From Candidatus Anstonellales archaeon (GTDB lineage: Archaea > Micrarchaeota > Micrarchaeia > Anstonellales > J096), in the NCBI GenBank assembly GCA_038890615.1, contig JAWAFI010000001.1:227836-291835 (forward strand): a stretch of 64,000 nucleotides of DNA. The letters run 5' to 3'. Made by a program: the position numbers and the translations under genes. A model generated the notes under the pieces. That model saw only the letters and a program-made list of their open reading frames with translations, had not been told where the DNA came from and did not search any database. Shown here piece after piece: positions 26,849 to 36,656 of this stretch (position 1 is its first letter; each line of letters starts with the position of its first letter).

Positions 26849-27530
26849 TTCTCTTTATTAGCTTTTCCTTCTCAACCGCCTCCTCCTCAAGTTTCTTGAG
26901 CGAAATGGGCATCCCTGTTGCCTTTATTATTACCTTCAAGACATTGATTGCTGCCTGGTCGTCTATGTAATTCCCATGGGTTTCGCCCATCAAGCATATC
27001 GCCTCAATCCTGCTGAAGCGCGCCAATGAAGGTATAAGCCCTGCAGCCCCAAGTATGGAGCCCTGCGCCTCCCCGAAAAGCACGCCAATCTTCTTGAACC
27101 TCTCAACAACCTTGCTTGAGTTTGCAGAGCCAAAAACCCTCCTTATCTCATGGTACTGGCCTGTGCTGTAGCCCCCTATTGTTATTATTTCCTTTATGCC
27201 AAGCTCTTTTGCAAAGCGGACTACCTTCTCTGCCAGCTTGTACTGGCCTGCATTGCTGATTGCCTGCGAATCTCCTGACATCACAACTACTGTCTTGCCA
27301 TTCCATGAGGCATAATGGAATTCAAGCCTTACAGGCCTCATAAGCCCGTTTGGAAGCATTATTACCTGCTGCGGGAGCGATGAGCTGTAGTAGCGGGCTA
27401 TCAATTTCATTTTCATCTCGCTTATCATGTAGCGTGCGCATACATGCCCCACTAGCCCTATTCCTGGGAGCCCTACTATCATTGTGCCCCCGTTTGCCTT
27501 GAACCCCCTCTTCTTGACTAGCTTTTCCAT
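26787..27530 (-). CDS. PAC2-family proteasome assembly chaperone-like protein
   Basis: N-terminal MIVGLPGIGLVGHVCARYMI, typical of the PAC2/COG1938 family. Confidence 0.55.
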   Translation of the reverse strand: MEKLVKKRGFKANGGTMIVGLPGIGLVGHVCARYMISEMKMKLIARYYSSSLPQQVIMLPNGLMRPVRLEFHYASWNGKTVVVMSGDSQAISNAGQYKLAEKVVRFAKELGIKEIITIGGYSTGQYHEIRRVFGSANSSKVVERFKKIGVLFGEAQGSILGAAGLIPSLARFSRIEAICLMGETHGNYIDDQAAINVLKVIIKATGMPISLKKLEEEAVEKEKLIKRIEEELNSTKQVGGEDTSYIR

Positions 27531-27673
27531 ATTATCCCCCTTGACTTCAGTAGATATGACATCCTTTCAATGTTTTTAAATGGAGCTGGATGGGCAGAAG
27601 ATGTTTTTGATGAGCAGTGGATTTCTTTTAAGGTATATGAATTGCACAAGCGGCATTTCCTTAGCCTCATCAT
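27518..27673 (-). CDS. nop10: H/ACA ribonucleoprotein subunit Nop10 (51 aa; not in the supplied ORF track)
   Basis: My own translation is MMRLRKCRLCNSYTLKEIHCSSKTSSAHPAPFKNIERMSYLLKSRGIIWKS. It matches the archaeal Nop10 pattern (RKCxxC.YTLKE..C....AHPA.F). The start overlaps the aIF2-alpha stop (ATGA). The position downstream of aIF2-alpha is conserved. Confidence 0.7.
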   Translation of the reverse strand: MMRLRKCRLCNSYTLKEIHCSSKTSSAHPAPFKNIERMSYLLKSRGIIWKS

Positions 27674-28398
27674 GATTGTAGCAGCCCGTGCTTTTTCATC
27701 AGTTCGCCTGCTTTCTTCAGCTTGTCTTCTGCATCCTTGTAATTTGCTGATTTGGCTATGAACATATACTTAGGAGCTCCCATATAGTGCACCTGGATTC
27801 CCAATGAGCCCTGAGCCTCTAGCAACGCCTTGACTATCCTCACCATGCCATCGCTTTCCTGGCTAGTGAGCTCAAATACCCTCCTAACCTCCACCTCAGG
27901 CTTCTTGAGCTTCCTTTGCATATAATCGAAAAGAACTGCCTTTGCCTTCTTTGATATCTTGAGCGTATCAAGGAGCTTCTGATTGGAGAGCGCCTTTTCA
28001 AGGAATTCTGCTGGGTTTCCGTGCTTTTGCTCTATCTGCCTGTAGAGCTCCTCTGGGCTTCCTTTTTCATTGGCAGCCTCAAAGGCCGCTTTTATTATCC
28101 CCAAGCACCTCTTCTCCTTCTTCAAGCTCTCCTTCTTTTTCCTCTTTTCATCTTCAGTAACATTCTTCAAGGAAAGGTCTATCTGCTTCTTGTCTGGGTT
28201 TACCCCTATAACCTTCACAACAAGCTGATCCCCTTCAGAGATGAACTCGTGTATGTTCTTAACCCATCCTGAAGAAACCTCAGATATGTGCATGAAGCCC
28301 TCTATATTGCTGTACTCAGGAAGCACGCAGAACGCGCCATAAGGAAGGATCTTCTTTACCTTTGCAATTACAATCTCGTCCTTTTCCGGAAGGCTCAT
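27670..28398 (-). CDS. eif2a: Translation initiation factor 2 alpha subunit
   Basis: S1 domain N-terminus MSLPEKDEIVIAKVKKILPYGAFCVL...GFMHISEVSSGWVKNI. The ORF-track N-terminal extension is rejected. Confidence 0.85.
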   Translation of the reverse strand: MSLPEKDEIVIAKVKKILPYGAFCVLPEYSNIEGFMHISEVSSGWVKNIHEFISEGDQLVVKVIGVNPDKKQIDLSLKNVTEDEKRKKKESLKKEKRCLGIIKAAFEAANEKGSPEELYRQIEQKHGNPAEFLEKALSNQKLLDTLKISKKAKAVLFDYMQRKLKKPEVEVRRVFELTSQESDGMVRIVKALLEAQGSLGIQVHYMGAPKYMFIAKSANYKDAEDKLKKAGELMKKHGLLQS

Positions 28399-28556
28399 CC
28401 AAGCTCCTCTACTATAGTGCCTATTATTGCAGCCCTGCCTCCTGTCGGGGCTGCCAGCGTTGCATTGCACCCTGAGCAGTTTATCTTGGTTGTTGTGTGT
28501 GTGAAAATTATCTGCACATTCCCGCACTTGCACTTGACCTTCACGAATTTGCTCAT
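28395..28556 (-). CDS. rps27e: 30S ribosomal protein S27e
   Basis: MSKFVKVKCKCGNVQIIFTHTTTKINCSGCNATLA, a C4 zinc-finger S27e. Confidence 0.85.
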   Translation of the reverse strand: MSKFVKVKCKCGNVQIIFTHTTTKINCSGCNATLAAPTGGRAAIIGTIVEELG

Positions 28557-28834
28557 TACTTCACCTCTGCTTTTGCCTTTGTCCTGCCCTGAAGCACCTT
28601 TTCGTGCTTCTTGTGGCAATTGTTGCATTCAAGTATTAGCTTCTGCCTCTTGCCCTGCTTCTTAACTGCCTTCTTCCCTGCCCTTTTGCCGCCATGGCCC
28701 TTAAGCTTCCTCTCGTGCTTGACATTGCCCATAGCCAATGACCTTGGCTTCCCTTTTGAGGCTACTTTTACTTTATGGGCTACATGCGCCTTGCAAAATG
28801 GGCAATATGTCCTCATCTCTTTTGGAACCTTCAT
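28556..28834 (-). CDS. rpl44e: 50S ribosomal protein L44e
   Basis: MKVPKEMRTYCPFCKAHVAHKV... with a C-terminal CNNCHKKH zinc ribbon. ATGA overlap with the upstream gene. Confidence 0.85.
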   Translation of the reverse strand: MKVPKEMRTYCPFCKAHVAHKVKVASKGKPRSLAMGNVKHERKLKGHGGKRAGKKAVKKQGKRQKLILECNNCHKKHEKVLQGRTKAKAEVK

Positions 28835-29316
28835 AAATACACCTCCTTGACAAAGCCCTTTGAAAGAAGCCATGTTGCCTCCTCTTGAGGAACGGTTATG
28901 TATTCCCCTTCCTTAAAGGGGCCGTAGACTATTCCTTTCTGGCCCCTATAGGGCTTCACCTCTTTTATTACGAGCAGCCTTTTAATAGTTTTCCTGTCTT
29001 CCATAAGGCCTTCGGAAGCCTTCCTTACCTCCTCAGCGAACTTCTGCTCCTCTGCAGTAAGCCCCTTTGGCACCCCCTTCCTTACGCATTCTATTGCTAT
29101 CTTCTCCATCCTTATGCGCATTATGTCTTTAAGCATCTTCTTCAGGTTCTCAACCTCTCGCATTGCCATAATGTCCCCTGACTGTTTTGCGCTCTCCTCC
29201 TTCTCGCTTATTACCTTCTTCACCTGCTCGTAAAAGTCGGCTGACAGGCTGGTTAGCATGTTGCCCTGCATCTCTGCCCTGTAGTACTCCCTTATAGTTC
29301 CATAGTCAAGAGCCAT
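28831..29316 (-). CDS. GINS subunit (Gins51/Gins15-like)
   Basis: MLTSLSADFYEQVKKVI and REVENLKKMLKDIMRIRMEKIAIE resemble the archaeal Gins51 A-domain; small beta-rich C-terminal B-domain. The ATG sits 2 nt from the tRNA 3' end. The ORF-track start inside the tRNA is rejected. Confidence 0.5.
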   Translation of the reverse strand: MALDYGTIREYYRAEMQGNMLTSLSADFYEQVKKVISEKEESAKQSGDIMAMREVENLKKMLKDIMRIRMEKIAIECVRKGVPKGLTAEEQKFAEEVRKASEGLMEDRKTIKRLLVIKEVKPYRGQKGIVYGPFKEGEYITVPQEEATWLLSKGFVKEVYL

Positions 29317-29318
29317 AA

Positions 29319-29391
29319 TGGGCCCGCCCGGATTCGAACCGGGAATCTTCACCGTGTCAGGGTGACGTCATAGCCATTGGACCACGGGCCC
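29319..29391 (-). tRNA. tRNA-Val (anticodon GAC)
   Basis: Near-identical to the tRNA at 7628..7700 except for the anticodon arm (stem TCACC/GGTGA, loop CTGACAC) and one variable-loop base. Confidence 0.9.
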
Positions 29392-29916
29392 AAAATGATA
29401 AACCCTTACATATATCAAATATTTAAAATCTATGCAGGGGATTGGAATCCAGAAGTAATTTTAAATGACAAATTGATGATTAGACAAACAGGCGATAGAT
29501 TATATGCAACAATTGATAGTTATAAATACTACCATCTTAACAATATTAATCTTAAAGATACAAGTTTAGATATAAAGTATGTATTGGCATTATTGAATTC
29601 TAAAATGATGTCTGCATATTATCTATTAGTTACATTAGAAAAAGAAAGAGTTATGGCACAAACTGATATAGAAACCCTCGAAAAATTACCAATTAAGGAA
29701 ATAGAAAAGGAAAAACAGCAACCCCTCATCAAACTCGTTGACAAAATGCTTTCCCTCAACAAGCGCCTAAATGAAATCGGCGACAAAAAGACAGATGAAA
29801 GAGCAAAAATTGAGGAAGAAATAAAAAAGACTGACGCTGAGATTGATGAGCTCGTTTATAAGATTTATGGCATAACTGAAGAGGAGAAGAAGATCATCGA
29901 AGAAAGTATGAAGTAA
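29392..29916 (+). pseudogene. C-terminal remnant of a restriction-modification-type DNA methyltransferase (TaqI-like target-recognition/C-terminal domain)
   Basis: Very AT-rich. KYVLALLNSKMMSAYYLL and ...TDAEIDELVYKIYGITEEEKKIIEE are hallmark C-terminal MTase motifs. The N-terminal catalytic part is absent, and the ORF start would lie inside the tRNA. Confidence 0.5.
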
Positions 29917-29988
29917 TGATATGAGAGGCGCAAAAGAGCTAGGAATAATAATTTAAAACCCTCTATCGTTAGATAAGCAGGTGATCAG

Positions 29989-30237
29989 ATGGAACCCAAT
30001 GTAGGAAGCCTTGACAGGATGCTCAGGGTATGCATAGCGCTTGTGTTCATTGCTGCAGCTTACTTCTACAATGTGTGGTGGCTCTATGCGCTTGCGCTTG
30101 TGCCGCTCGCAACGGCGCTGTTCTCCTACTGCCCGCTGTACGCGCCCCTGAAGATAAGCACAATTGAGAAAAAAGAAGAAGCAAAGGAAGAGCCAAAGAA
30201 AGAAGAGCCAAAGAAAAGGAAGAAGCAGAGAAAATAA
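29989..30237 (+). CDS. DUF2892 (YgaP-like) small membrane protein
   Basis: VGSLDRMLRVCIALVFIAAAYF...WWLYALALVPLATALFSYCPLY matches the family pattern. Confidence 0.65.
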   Translation: MEPNVGSLDRMLRVCIALVFIAAAYFYNVWWLYALALVPLATALFSYCPLYAPLKISTIEKKEEAKEEPKKEEPKKRKKQRK

Positions 30238-30267
30238 ACTTTTAATGTTATAGCAGCAAATAGATGC

Positions 30268-30822
30268 ATGATAGAGCTAATAGCGCTAGCTGCTGCTGTT
30301 CTGGGCATTGCAGTCGTTGTGTGGGCTGTGCTCACTTATAACCACTTGGTCAAGCTGTCCCAGCAAGTAAAGAACGCGTGGCACCAGATTGATGTCCAGC
30401 TCCAGCGAAGGCATGACCTAATCCCTAACCTTGTTGAGGCAGTGAAGGGCTACATGAAGCACGAGAAGGAAACCTTGGAAGAAATAACTAAGCTAAGGGC
30501 TGCAATTGTTTCAGGCACCCCTGCAGAAAGGGCATCTGCAAACGAGCGCCTTAGCTCTGCTCTGAAAACAATATTCGCTGTTGCTGAGAACTACCCGCAG
30601 CTAAGGGCAAGCGAAAACTTCCTGAAGCTCCAGGAGGAGCTTACAACTACTGAGAACAGGGTTGCCTATGCTAGGCAGGCTTATAACGATTCTGTATATT
30701 TTTACAATACTGCGATAGCAATAATGCCAAACAACCTCCTTGCTATGTTGCTAGGCATGAAGGAGCAAGAGTTCTTCAGCACTGAACAGAGCAGCAGGGA
30801 GGCTCCAAAGGTGAAAATCTGA
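30268..30822 (+). CDS. lemA: LemA family protein
   Basis: N-terminal TM followed by WHQIDVQLQRRHDLIPNLVE...ENYPQLRASENF. Confidence 0.85.
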   Translation: MIELIALAAAVLGIAVVVWAVLTYNHLVKLSQQVKNAWHQIDVQLQRRHDLIPNLVEAVKGYMKHEKETLEEITKLRAAIVSGTPAERASANERLSSALKTIFAVAENYPQLRASENFLKLQEELTTTENRVAYARQAYNDSVYFYNTAIAIMPNNLLAMLLGMKEQEFFSTEQSSREAPKVKI

Positions 30823-30828
30823 GGTGTA

Positions 30829-31719
30829 TTGATGGGTACAAGGCTTTTTGAAGAAGCTGATAAGAATAGGCTCATATCTTCGCTAATGCTTTACACAATG
30901 CTTTTCCTTGTAGCACTTTTCCCAGCCCTTGCATGGATTCTAACTGAGGATTTCTGCATAACAGCAATCCTATTAGCAGTGATGTTCTTTTACGCAGTGC
31001 AGAATTTCTTTTACTCGTTCAGCACAACAATGGGAGTTGTCGGGGCTAGAAAGATTGCGCATGGCTCAGAGCGAAGCCAGAAGGAAAAACAGCTTTTGAA
31101 CATAGTGGAAGAGATGAAGATAGCCTCTGGCTATGGGGGCAACATTGATGTTTACATAATAGAGGACAAAAGCATAAACGCAATGGCAATATCAAGGGGC
31201 AATAAAGCTGCAATAGGCGCAACTAGGGGGGCTTTGGAAAAGCTGACAAGGGAAGAGCTAAGCGGTGTAATAAGCCATGAAATGGCGCATGTAGTAAATG
31301 CTGACAGCGATGTTAAGCTTACCGCATTCATGACCCTTGGGATCCTATATGCTTACCTAAGGATTTTCACAAGGATAAGGCCAACCAGCAACAGCAGGAA
31401 AGGAGGGGCTGCAGTAATGTACCTCCTGCTTGCTGCGCTTTCGATTTTTGCCTATGCAGCTGGGATCCTTATGTTCTTCGCCCTAAGCAGGAAAAGGGAA
31501 ACCCTTGCAGATGTAGAAGGCACTAGGTTCACAAGGAACAAAGAGGCCCTTATAAGCGCCCTTAAGAAAATAGCGACAAATGATGCAATGCAAGTGCCTG
31601 AGACAGCATCTTCCCTTTTCTTCGCAAACCCTCTCAGCCCATTGGAAAGCAAAGTAATGGGGCTATTTGCAACACACCCTCCATTGGAAGAAAGGATAAG
31701 ATACCTGCAAAGCCTCTAG
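30829..31719 (+). CDS. M48-family zinc metallopeptidase (HtpX-like)
   Basis: HEMAH zinc-binding motif (VISHEMAHVVNAD) with flanking TM helices, and it is adjacent to lemA. Confidence 0.7.
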   Translation: MMGTRLFEEADKNRLISSLMLYTMLFLVALFPALAWILTEDFCITAILLAVMFFYAVQNFFYSFSTTMGVVGARKIAHGSERSQKEKQLLNIVEEMKIASGYGGNIDVYIIEDKSINAMAISRGNKAAIGATRGALEKLTREELSGVISHEMAHVVNADSDVKLTAFMTLGILYAYLRIFTRIRPTSNSRKGGAAVMYLLLAALSIFAYAAGILMFFALSRKRETLADVEGTRFTRNKEALISALKKIATNDAMQVPETASSLFFANPLSPLESKVMGLFATHPPLEERIRYLQSL

Positions 31720-31732
31720 CAGAATGGAAAGC

Positions 31733-32956
31733 TTAAACTATATCAACCTTTCCTTCAACTATCATCTTAGTTATAGCCTCTGTATCCTCAACCATGCTTT
31801 CTGCAATGGCCCTTGCTTTCTTTTCAGCGCCCATGTCGCTTAGCTTTATACCTGCAACTAAAGGCTGATTGAGGGGCCTGCCAAGCTGGGAGAGCAGATA
31901 GACCTCTGCTTCGCTCCCTGTCTCTTTTGCTATCCTCTTTGCTATCTCAAAGGCAAGCACAGAATACACTTTCCCAACATGATTCCTTGGGTTCTTTCCT
32001 GCTGTTGCTTCCAGCGTCATGTGCCTGAAAGGAGTTATCAGGCCGTTTGCCCTGTTGCCCCTTCCAACGCTCCCATCATCCCCCATCTCTGCAGAAGTGC
32101 CTGTGATTGTAAGGTAAAGAGAATCAACCTCGCCTTTCCTGTCCCCGCTGTTCAGGGTTATTGAAACAGAATATGGCTTGCGCCTCCTATTCATTACTGC
32201 TGATGTTTTTTTGCTTATCTCTTCAAGCAGCTTCTCCTTCTTTTCAAAATAATCTTCCATGCTTGTTATATGCCTTGCAACAAATGCACAAGCAACTGTT
32301 AGCTTTACATCATTGCCCATCCTGAGGCCCATCACCTTTACATCCTCCCCAGCATAAGGATGCTTTCTCTTCACCTCTGGGCTATTGAGATACTTTTCCA
32401 CTTGGAAAACAAGCTCCTCAAGAGTGCTCATTGGGGCATAGCCAACTCCAAAGCTCGTGTCGTTTGCAGAGGGCTTCTTGCCTGCAGTAATCTGGAGGTC
32501 TGCAGAGCCAGGGGAAATCCTTGGCTCTATGGTATAGTAATCCTCATCAAGGTAGCGCATTGCGCTCCCCAAGTATTCCTTGACTGCCTTTATTGCTATT
32601 GGGTGCACCCCTATGTGCCTTACCCTTCCATTATCCTTTATCTCGTCGCTTGCCCTTCCGCTTAGGTAGATATGGATTGGCTTAAGTAGCCTGTGCGCCT
32701 TGAAGCCATTCCTATCTATAAATACCTTCCCCCCAGTAATCTGCGCCTTATCCACATTATGGTGGGCTATGTAGCCAAGCTCTTCAAGGTAGATTTTGCT
32801 CAGCTCCCTGCTTATTGCCTCAACTATGTTGTCAGTAAGGGTATCTGGATGCCCCCTCCCTTTTCTCTCAACCATTTCCAGATGGAGCGCATCGCCGCCC
32901 TTGTAATCTATCTTCTCCACTTGTATGTTCATGGAAATCCCAACTAATCTTCGCAA
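31733..32956 (-). CDS. S-adenosylmethionine synthetase, archaeal type
   Basis: NIQVEKI...[14 protein letters not shown]...[16 protein letters not shown] matches the archaeal MAT N-terminus. The true start may be the internal ATG at 32932. Confidence 0.85.
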   Translation of the reverse strand: MRRLVGISMNIQVEKIDYKGGDALHLEMVERKGRGHPDTLTDNIVEAISRELSKIYLEELGYIAHHNVDKAQITGGKVFIDRNGFKAHRLLKPIHIYLSGRASDEIKDNGRVRHIGVHPIAIKAVKEYLGSAMRYLDEDYYTIEPRISPGSADLQITAGKKPSANDTSFGVGYAPMSTLEELVFQVEKYLNSPEVKRKHPYAGEDVKVMGLRMGNDVKLTVACAFVARHITSMEDYFEKKEKLLEEISKKTSAVMNRRRKPYSVSITLNSGDRKGEVDSLYLTITGTSAEMGDDGSVGRGNRANGLITPFRHMTLEATAGKNPRNHVGKVYSVLAFEIAKRIAKETGSEAEVYLLSQLGRPLNQPLVAGIKLSDMGAEKKARAIAESMVEDTEAITKMIVEGKVDIV

Positions 32957-33025
32957 AATGCTTTATAATAGTATCCATGAGCCTAAAAGTCTGCAGCAAT
33001 GGTTTAAAAAGAGGCGTAGCAAATA

Positions 33026-34192
33026 ATGGTGATGCTCTCCTTGGTTGAGCCTTTTGTGATTTTCCTTTCGCTTTACATACTAGTAGTGTTTATCATGCTG
33101 CTTTTTGCGTACGAAAATGAGCTTTTCAGGAGCAACAGAAAAACCAAGTGGAGACCACTCGTAAGCGTAGTAATACCAGCGTACAATGAAGAGAATAACA
33201 TAAGGAGGTGCATTGAGTCCCTCCTTAATGCAAATTATCCGCGGAACAAAATAGAGATCATAGTGGTTGACGATGGAAGCAAGGACAGGACTGCTGAGAT
33301 TGCCTCATCCTACAAAGGGGTAATTGTGCTAAAGAAGCCAAACTCTGGGAAGGCAGACAGCTTAAACTACGGGATAAAGCATGCAAAGGGGGAAATAATC
33401 GCAACCCTTGATGCTGATTCCTACATAACAAAAGATGCAATATTGAAAATGCTCCCTCTTTTCTCAAAGGATGCAAAGGCAGTTACTGCTGCTGTGCTTG
33501 TTGACAACCCTAAAAACTTAATTGAGCAGCTTCAAGAGGTTGAGTACGTTTTCACAATCTTTTCAAGGAAGGTCCTGGAAGCCATAGATGCCATCCATGT
33601 AACCCCTGGCCCATTCAGCATGTTTAGGAGGGAGGTGTTTGAGCAGATTGGGGGCTTTGACAGGAACAATATACTGGAGGACCAGGAAATAGCGATGAGG
33701 ATGCAGAAATACAACCTGAAGATAAGGGCTTCTACTGATGCTGTTGTTTATACCAAAGTTCCTGAGAACATGGAGCAGCTCCTGAAGCAGAGGACAAGGT
33801 GGCACCGCGGAGGGCTCAGGAATTCAATAACCTACCTTGAGCTTGTTTCCCCAAAATACGGGGACCTTGGGGTTTTTGTAATGCCCCTGCAATTTGTTTC
33901 AATAGTAACGCTTTTCCTTATATTCGTTTTTGTTTTGCACAAGACTTTTTCTCCTGCCCCGCCCATGACTCTTGAGTTCTTGTTGTTCTACACTTTCTCT
34001 CCACTTATGGTATGCGCTTTAGTGATATTGATGCTTACCTTCCTCTGGGTTTATTACGGCGCCCAAAAGATGGGGGCAAAGCTGAAGCCCCATATGGTAT
34101 TCACATACGTTGTCTCATACGCTTATCTTATCACGCTGTTCTGGGCAAGCGCCTTCCTAAAGGAGATTACTGGCTCAAAGCTGAGCTGGTGA
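33026..34192 (+). CDS. Family 2 glycosyltransferase, processive type (QxxRW motif)
   Basis: VVIPAYNEE...VVDDGSKD, the DAD motif, QRTRWHRG, and multiple C-terminal TM helices. Confidence 0.8.
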   Translation: MVMLSLVEPFVIFLSLYILVVFIMLLFAYENELFRSNRKTKWRPLVSVVIPAYNEENNIRRCIESLLNANYPRNKIEIIVVDDGSKDRTAEIASSYKGVIVLKKPNSGKADSLNYGIKHAKGEIIATLDADSYITKDAILKMLPLFSKDAKAVTAAVLVDNPKNLIEQLQEVEYVFTIFSRKVLEAIDAIHVTPGPFSMFRREVFEQIGGFDRNNILEDQEIAMRMQKYNLKIRASTDAVVYTKVPENMEQLLKQRTRWHRGGLRNSITYLELVSPKYGDLGVFVMPLQFVSIVTLFLIFVFVLHKTFSPAPPMTLEFLLFYTFSPLMVCALVILMLTFLWVYYGAQKMGAKLKPHMVFTYVVSYAYLITLFWASAFLKEITGSKLSW

Positions 34193-35113
34193 TCATATTT
34201 CCTTTGTCCACCACTTATACTTCTGGTGGGAGTAGAATATCTCCATGCATTCGTTGCTGCTTATAGAAGGCCTTTTCTCTTCTTCGTTTATGTGCTTTTC
34301 AAGCGAATCCAACGTAAGCCCCATGGATTCGAGTTTCCCCAATAGCAGTGTAAGCTCCTCAAACTTCTTCTTGAACTGCTCGTAAGGTATGTAGAATTGG
34401 ATTTTTATAGTATGGTCTATTCCTTTGCCTGAAAGGTGGGGGTAGCTCCAGCGAGGGTGCTCCTTTTCCCATTCTGCTATCTCGTTTTCAGCCCTTCTTA
34501 ATTTATCTAAAAGCTTGCACCTCTCCATTTCTGAAAGGAAAAACTTTAAATCAGAGATGTAGCCAGATGTGATGAACAAAACACTTTTAGAAGATGCTAT
34601 GGCAAAGGCAGCTTTCTCTGGAGTTAGGAAAAGCTTTCTCAGCTCTTCCATGCTGCTGCTTCCCCAGTGGCTTTTTATGTGCTTGTAGAACTGGAGGAAT
34701 GTCTTAAGCATGTGGCAAAAGGATGAGCATGCCTGCTCTGCAACATTGTAGGCAACGACATAGTTGTTTGAGTTCAATGCTTCTGGAAGAGCCTTTTTCT
34801 GCTCCTCGCTGAAAGCATAGTGCTTTGTCGGCCTTGCGCTGATGGACATGAACCTAATAACCTCCCACATCCTCTCAAAATCTTCCATAGTGAAGCCTTT
34901 TTTCTTGTGCTTCAAGAATTCCTTCATCTGCTTCAGCTGTTCTGCGCTTTCAGAATCTTTAACTCCATAGTTGGCTATAAGCAGGTCCTTCCTTTTCTTA
35001 CCTTCATCTGATATTTTCATCCTGCCTTCTTCATCTATGTAAGCCAAGCCCTTCTTTACAAGCTCTGGCAGGTGCCTATGCTTTTTAAACGGCTTTTTTG
35101 TTTTTTCGTTCAT
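34193..35113 (-). CDS. Hypothetical protein
   Basis: 306-aa ORF with lower GC and no recognisable motifs. Confidence 0.3.
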   Translation of the reverse strand: MNEKTKKPFKKHRHLPELVKKGLAYIDEEGRMKISDEGKKRKDLLIANYGVKDSESAEQLKQMKEFLKHKKKGFTMEDFERMWEVIRFMSISARPTKHYAFSEEQKKALPEALNSNNYVVAYNVAEQACSSFCHMLKTFLQFYKHIKSHWGSSSMEELRKLFLTPEKAAFAIASSKSVLFITSGYISDLKFFLSEMERCKLLDKLRRAENEIAEWEKEHPRWSYPHLSGKGIDHTIKIQFYIPYEQFKKKFEELTLLLGKLESMGLTLDSLEKHINEEEKRPSISSNECMEIFYSHQKYKWWTKEI

Positions 35114-35152
35114 TACTATCTTTGCTTTTTTGTTGTTTAAATGTTTAACCCT

Positions 35153-36655
35153 TTATATCTCTTGCTTTTCCTTTTTTCCCTTGGCTTTATTCAGCAGCTT
35201 CTTGAACCACCACTTTGGCTCGCTAAGAATATCTTCTTGCTTCTTTCTTTCAAGGGGGCTGATGCAAGGCTGGAGCGCAGTAGCTGCAATATACCCTGCC
35301 TCCCCTTCAAGCCTTCCTTTGCTGAGAAGCCATTCAAGCGTGGCAAAGCTTCTCTCTTCTATTAGCCTCTCTGCAAGCTTCCTCTGGGCTCCAGCAGACA
35401 AGGGATTAAGCCTGCTTTCCTTTATGGCAAACCTCAGGAAAGGGTGGCTCTTCATTTTCTCATCTGGCTCAAGCTCTATCCTTAGCTCAGCTGCCTTCTT
35501 CACTGCCATAGCCCTTACTTCGCCTAAAAATAGGCTGCTCTTTGCTGCCAAGTATATGTTGCTAAACCTATTCCATTCGGCAGAGAGGCTTATGTATGCC
35601 ATGCCTGCCTTCTTCCTTGCGCCATGGGGGAAGCTTTCATTGGTAGCAACTGAGTATAAGTTTGCAAAATCTGCGCTTTTCGCGCATTGCTCTACATAAA
35701 GAGAACCTGCACTCTCCCTAAGTTCTGGCTCAAGACCTTCCAATAACGCTATGCTGAGCAATATTATTTTTTCACTGTTGCCTGCTATTTTTTCAATTGC
35801 AAACTTCTTCAAGCTCGGCGGAATGTCAGTGAGTATGAAGAACGCCTTGAGCTGGCCATAATTATCTTCTGTGATTAGCAGAAGCTTGTTGTGTATAAAA
35901 GAAAGCCCGCATTCTTCAATGCTGCCCTTTGCAAGTTCCCTCAATGCTGGCTTTATAGTACTGTCCATGCTTATGTTTATCAGCATCACAAAATCACCTT
36001 CCTCAACATAGCTCTTTATCCTATTGTAAACTGCCTTGCCTATCTTTTCCCCTGCTATAGACCTTATCCTTTGAGGAAGGAACTCGTCTGATTCAATCTT
36101 CTGTAGCAGTACATAGTTGTTGCTATTTTCTGAAAGCCCTATTAAATTAAGAACGCACTGCTCAGCAGCCTTGGATAATCTCTTTTTAGCATAACGAGGA
36201 ATGCCAGATGTGCCTATTAGATTGTATAATGAATTATAATCGCCTTCTTTGGAGTAAAGCTCAGCAAGCGCATTTGCCGCCTCTAACTTGGCTTGCTTTG
36301 GCAACTTCTTTGTTAAGCACATGTTGGTAAGCAAGCCAGTCTGCTTTTTTCCAATGTACATGTTAACTAATAAAGAGAGAGCTAGCTTTTCAATAGGAGG
36401 GTCAAGCCCCAATTCTACAACAGCAATATGAGGGTAGGTTAGGTTAGCACTCACTATCTTGCTTAAAACAAAAGCAAGCTCCGCCACCTCTTTAGGAAGT
36501 TTTGGGTTTTTTGATGCCTGTCTAAGTTCTTTGTAATCCAAGCGGGAAAGGAGTGCATTGACATACTCAATCCCTGCTGCCACCCTCTCCTCGTTGCTTA
36601 AGCTTTCATCTGATGCTTTATGAAGGAGCAGAGATTCTGGTTGGTGCTCTTGCAT
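35153..36655 (-). CDS. Hypothetical alpha-helical repeat protein
   Basis: 500 aa with repetitive helical segments; lower GC. Confidence 0.3.
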   Translation of the reverse strand: MQEHQPESLLLHKASDESLSNEERVAAGIEYVNALLSRLDYKELRQASKNPKLPKEVAELAFVLSKIVSANLTYPHIAVVELGLDPPIEKLALSLLVNMYIGKKQTGLLTNMCLTKKLPKQAKLEAANALAELYSKEGDYNSLYNLIGTSGIPRYAKKRLSKAAEQCVLNLIGLSENSNNYVLLQKIESDEFLPQRIRSIAGEKIGKAVYNRIKSYVEEGDFVMLINISMDSTIKPALRELAKGSIEECGLSFIHNKLLLITEDNYGQLKAFFILTDIPPSLKKFAIEKIAGNSEKIILLSIALLEGLEPELRESAGSLYVEQCAKSADFANLYSVATNESFPHGARKKAGMAYISLSAEWNRFSNIYLAAKSSLFLGEVRAMAVKKAAELRIELEPDEKMKSHPFLRFAIKESRLNPLSAGAQRKLAERLIEERSFATLEWLLSKGRLEGEAGYIAATALQPCISPLERKKQEDILSEPKWWFKKLLNKAKGKKEKQEI

Positions 36656-36656
36656 T

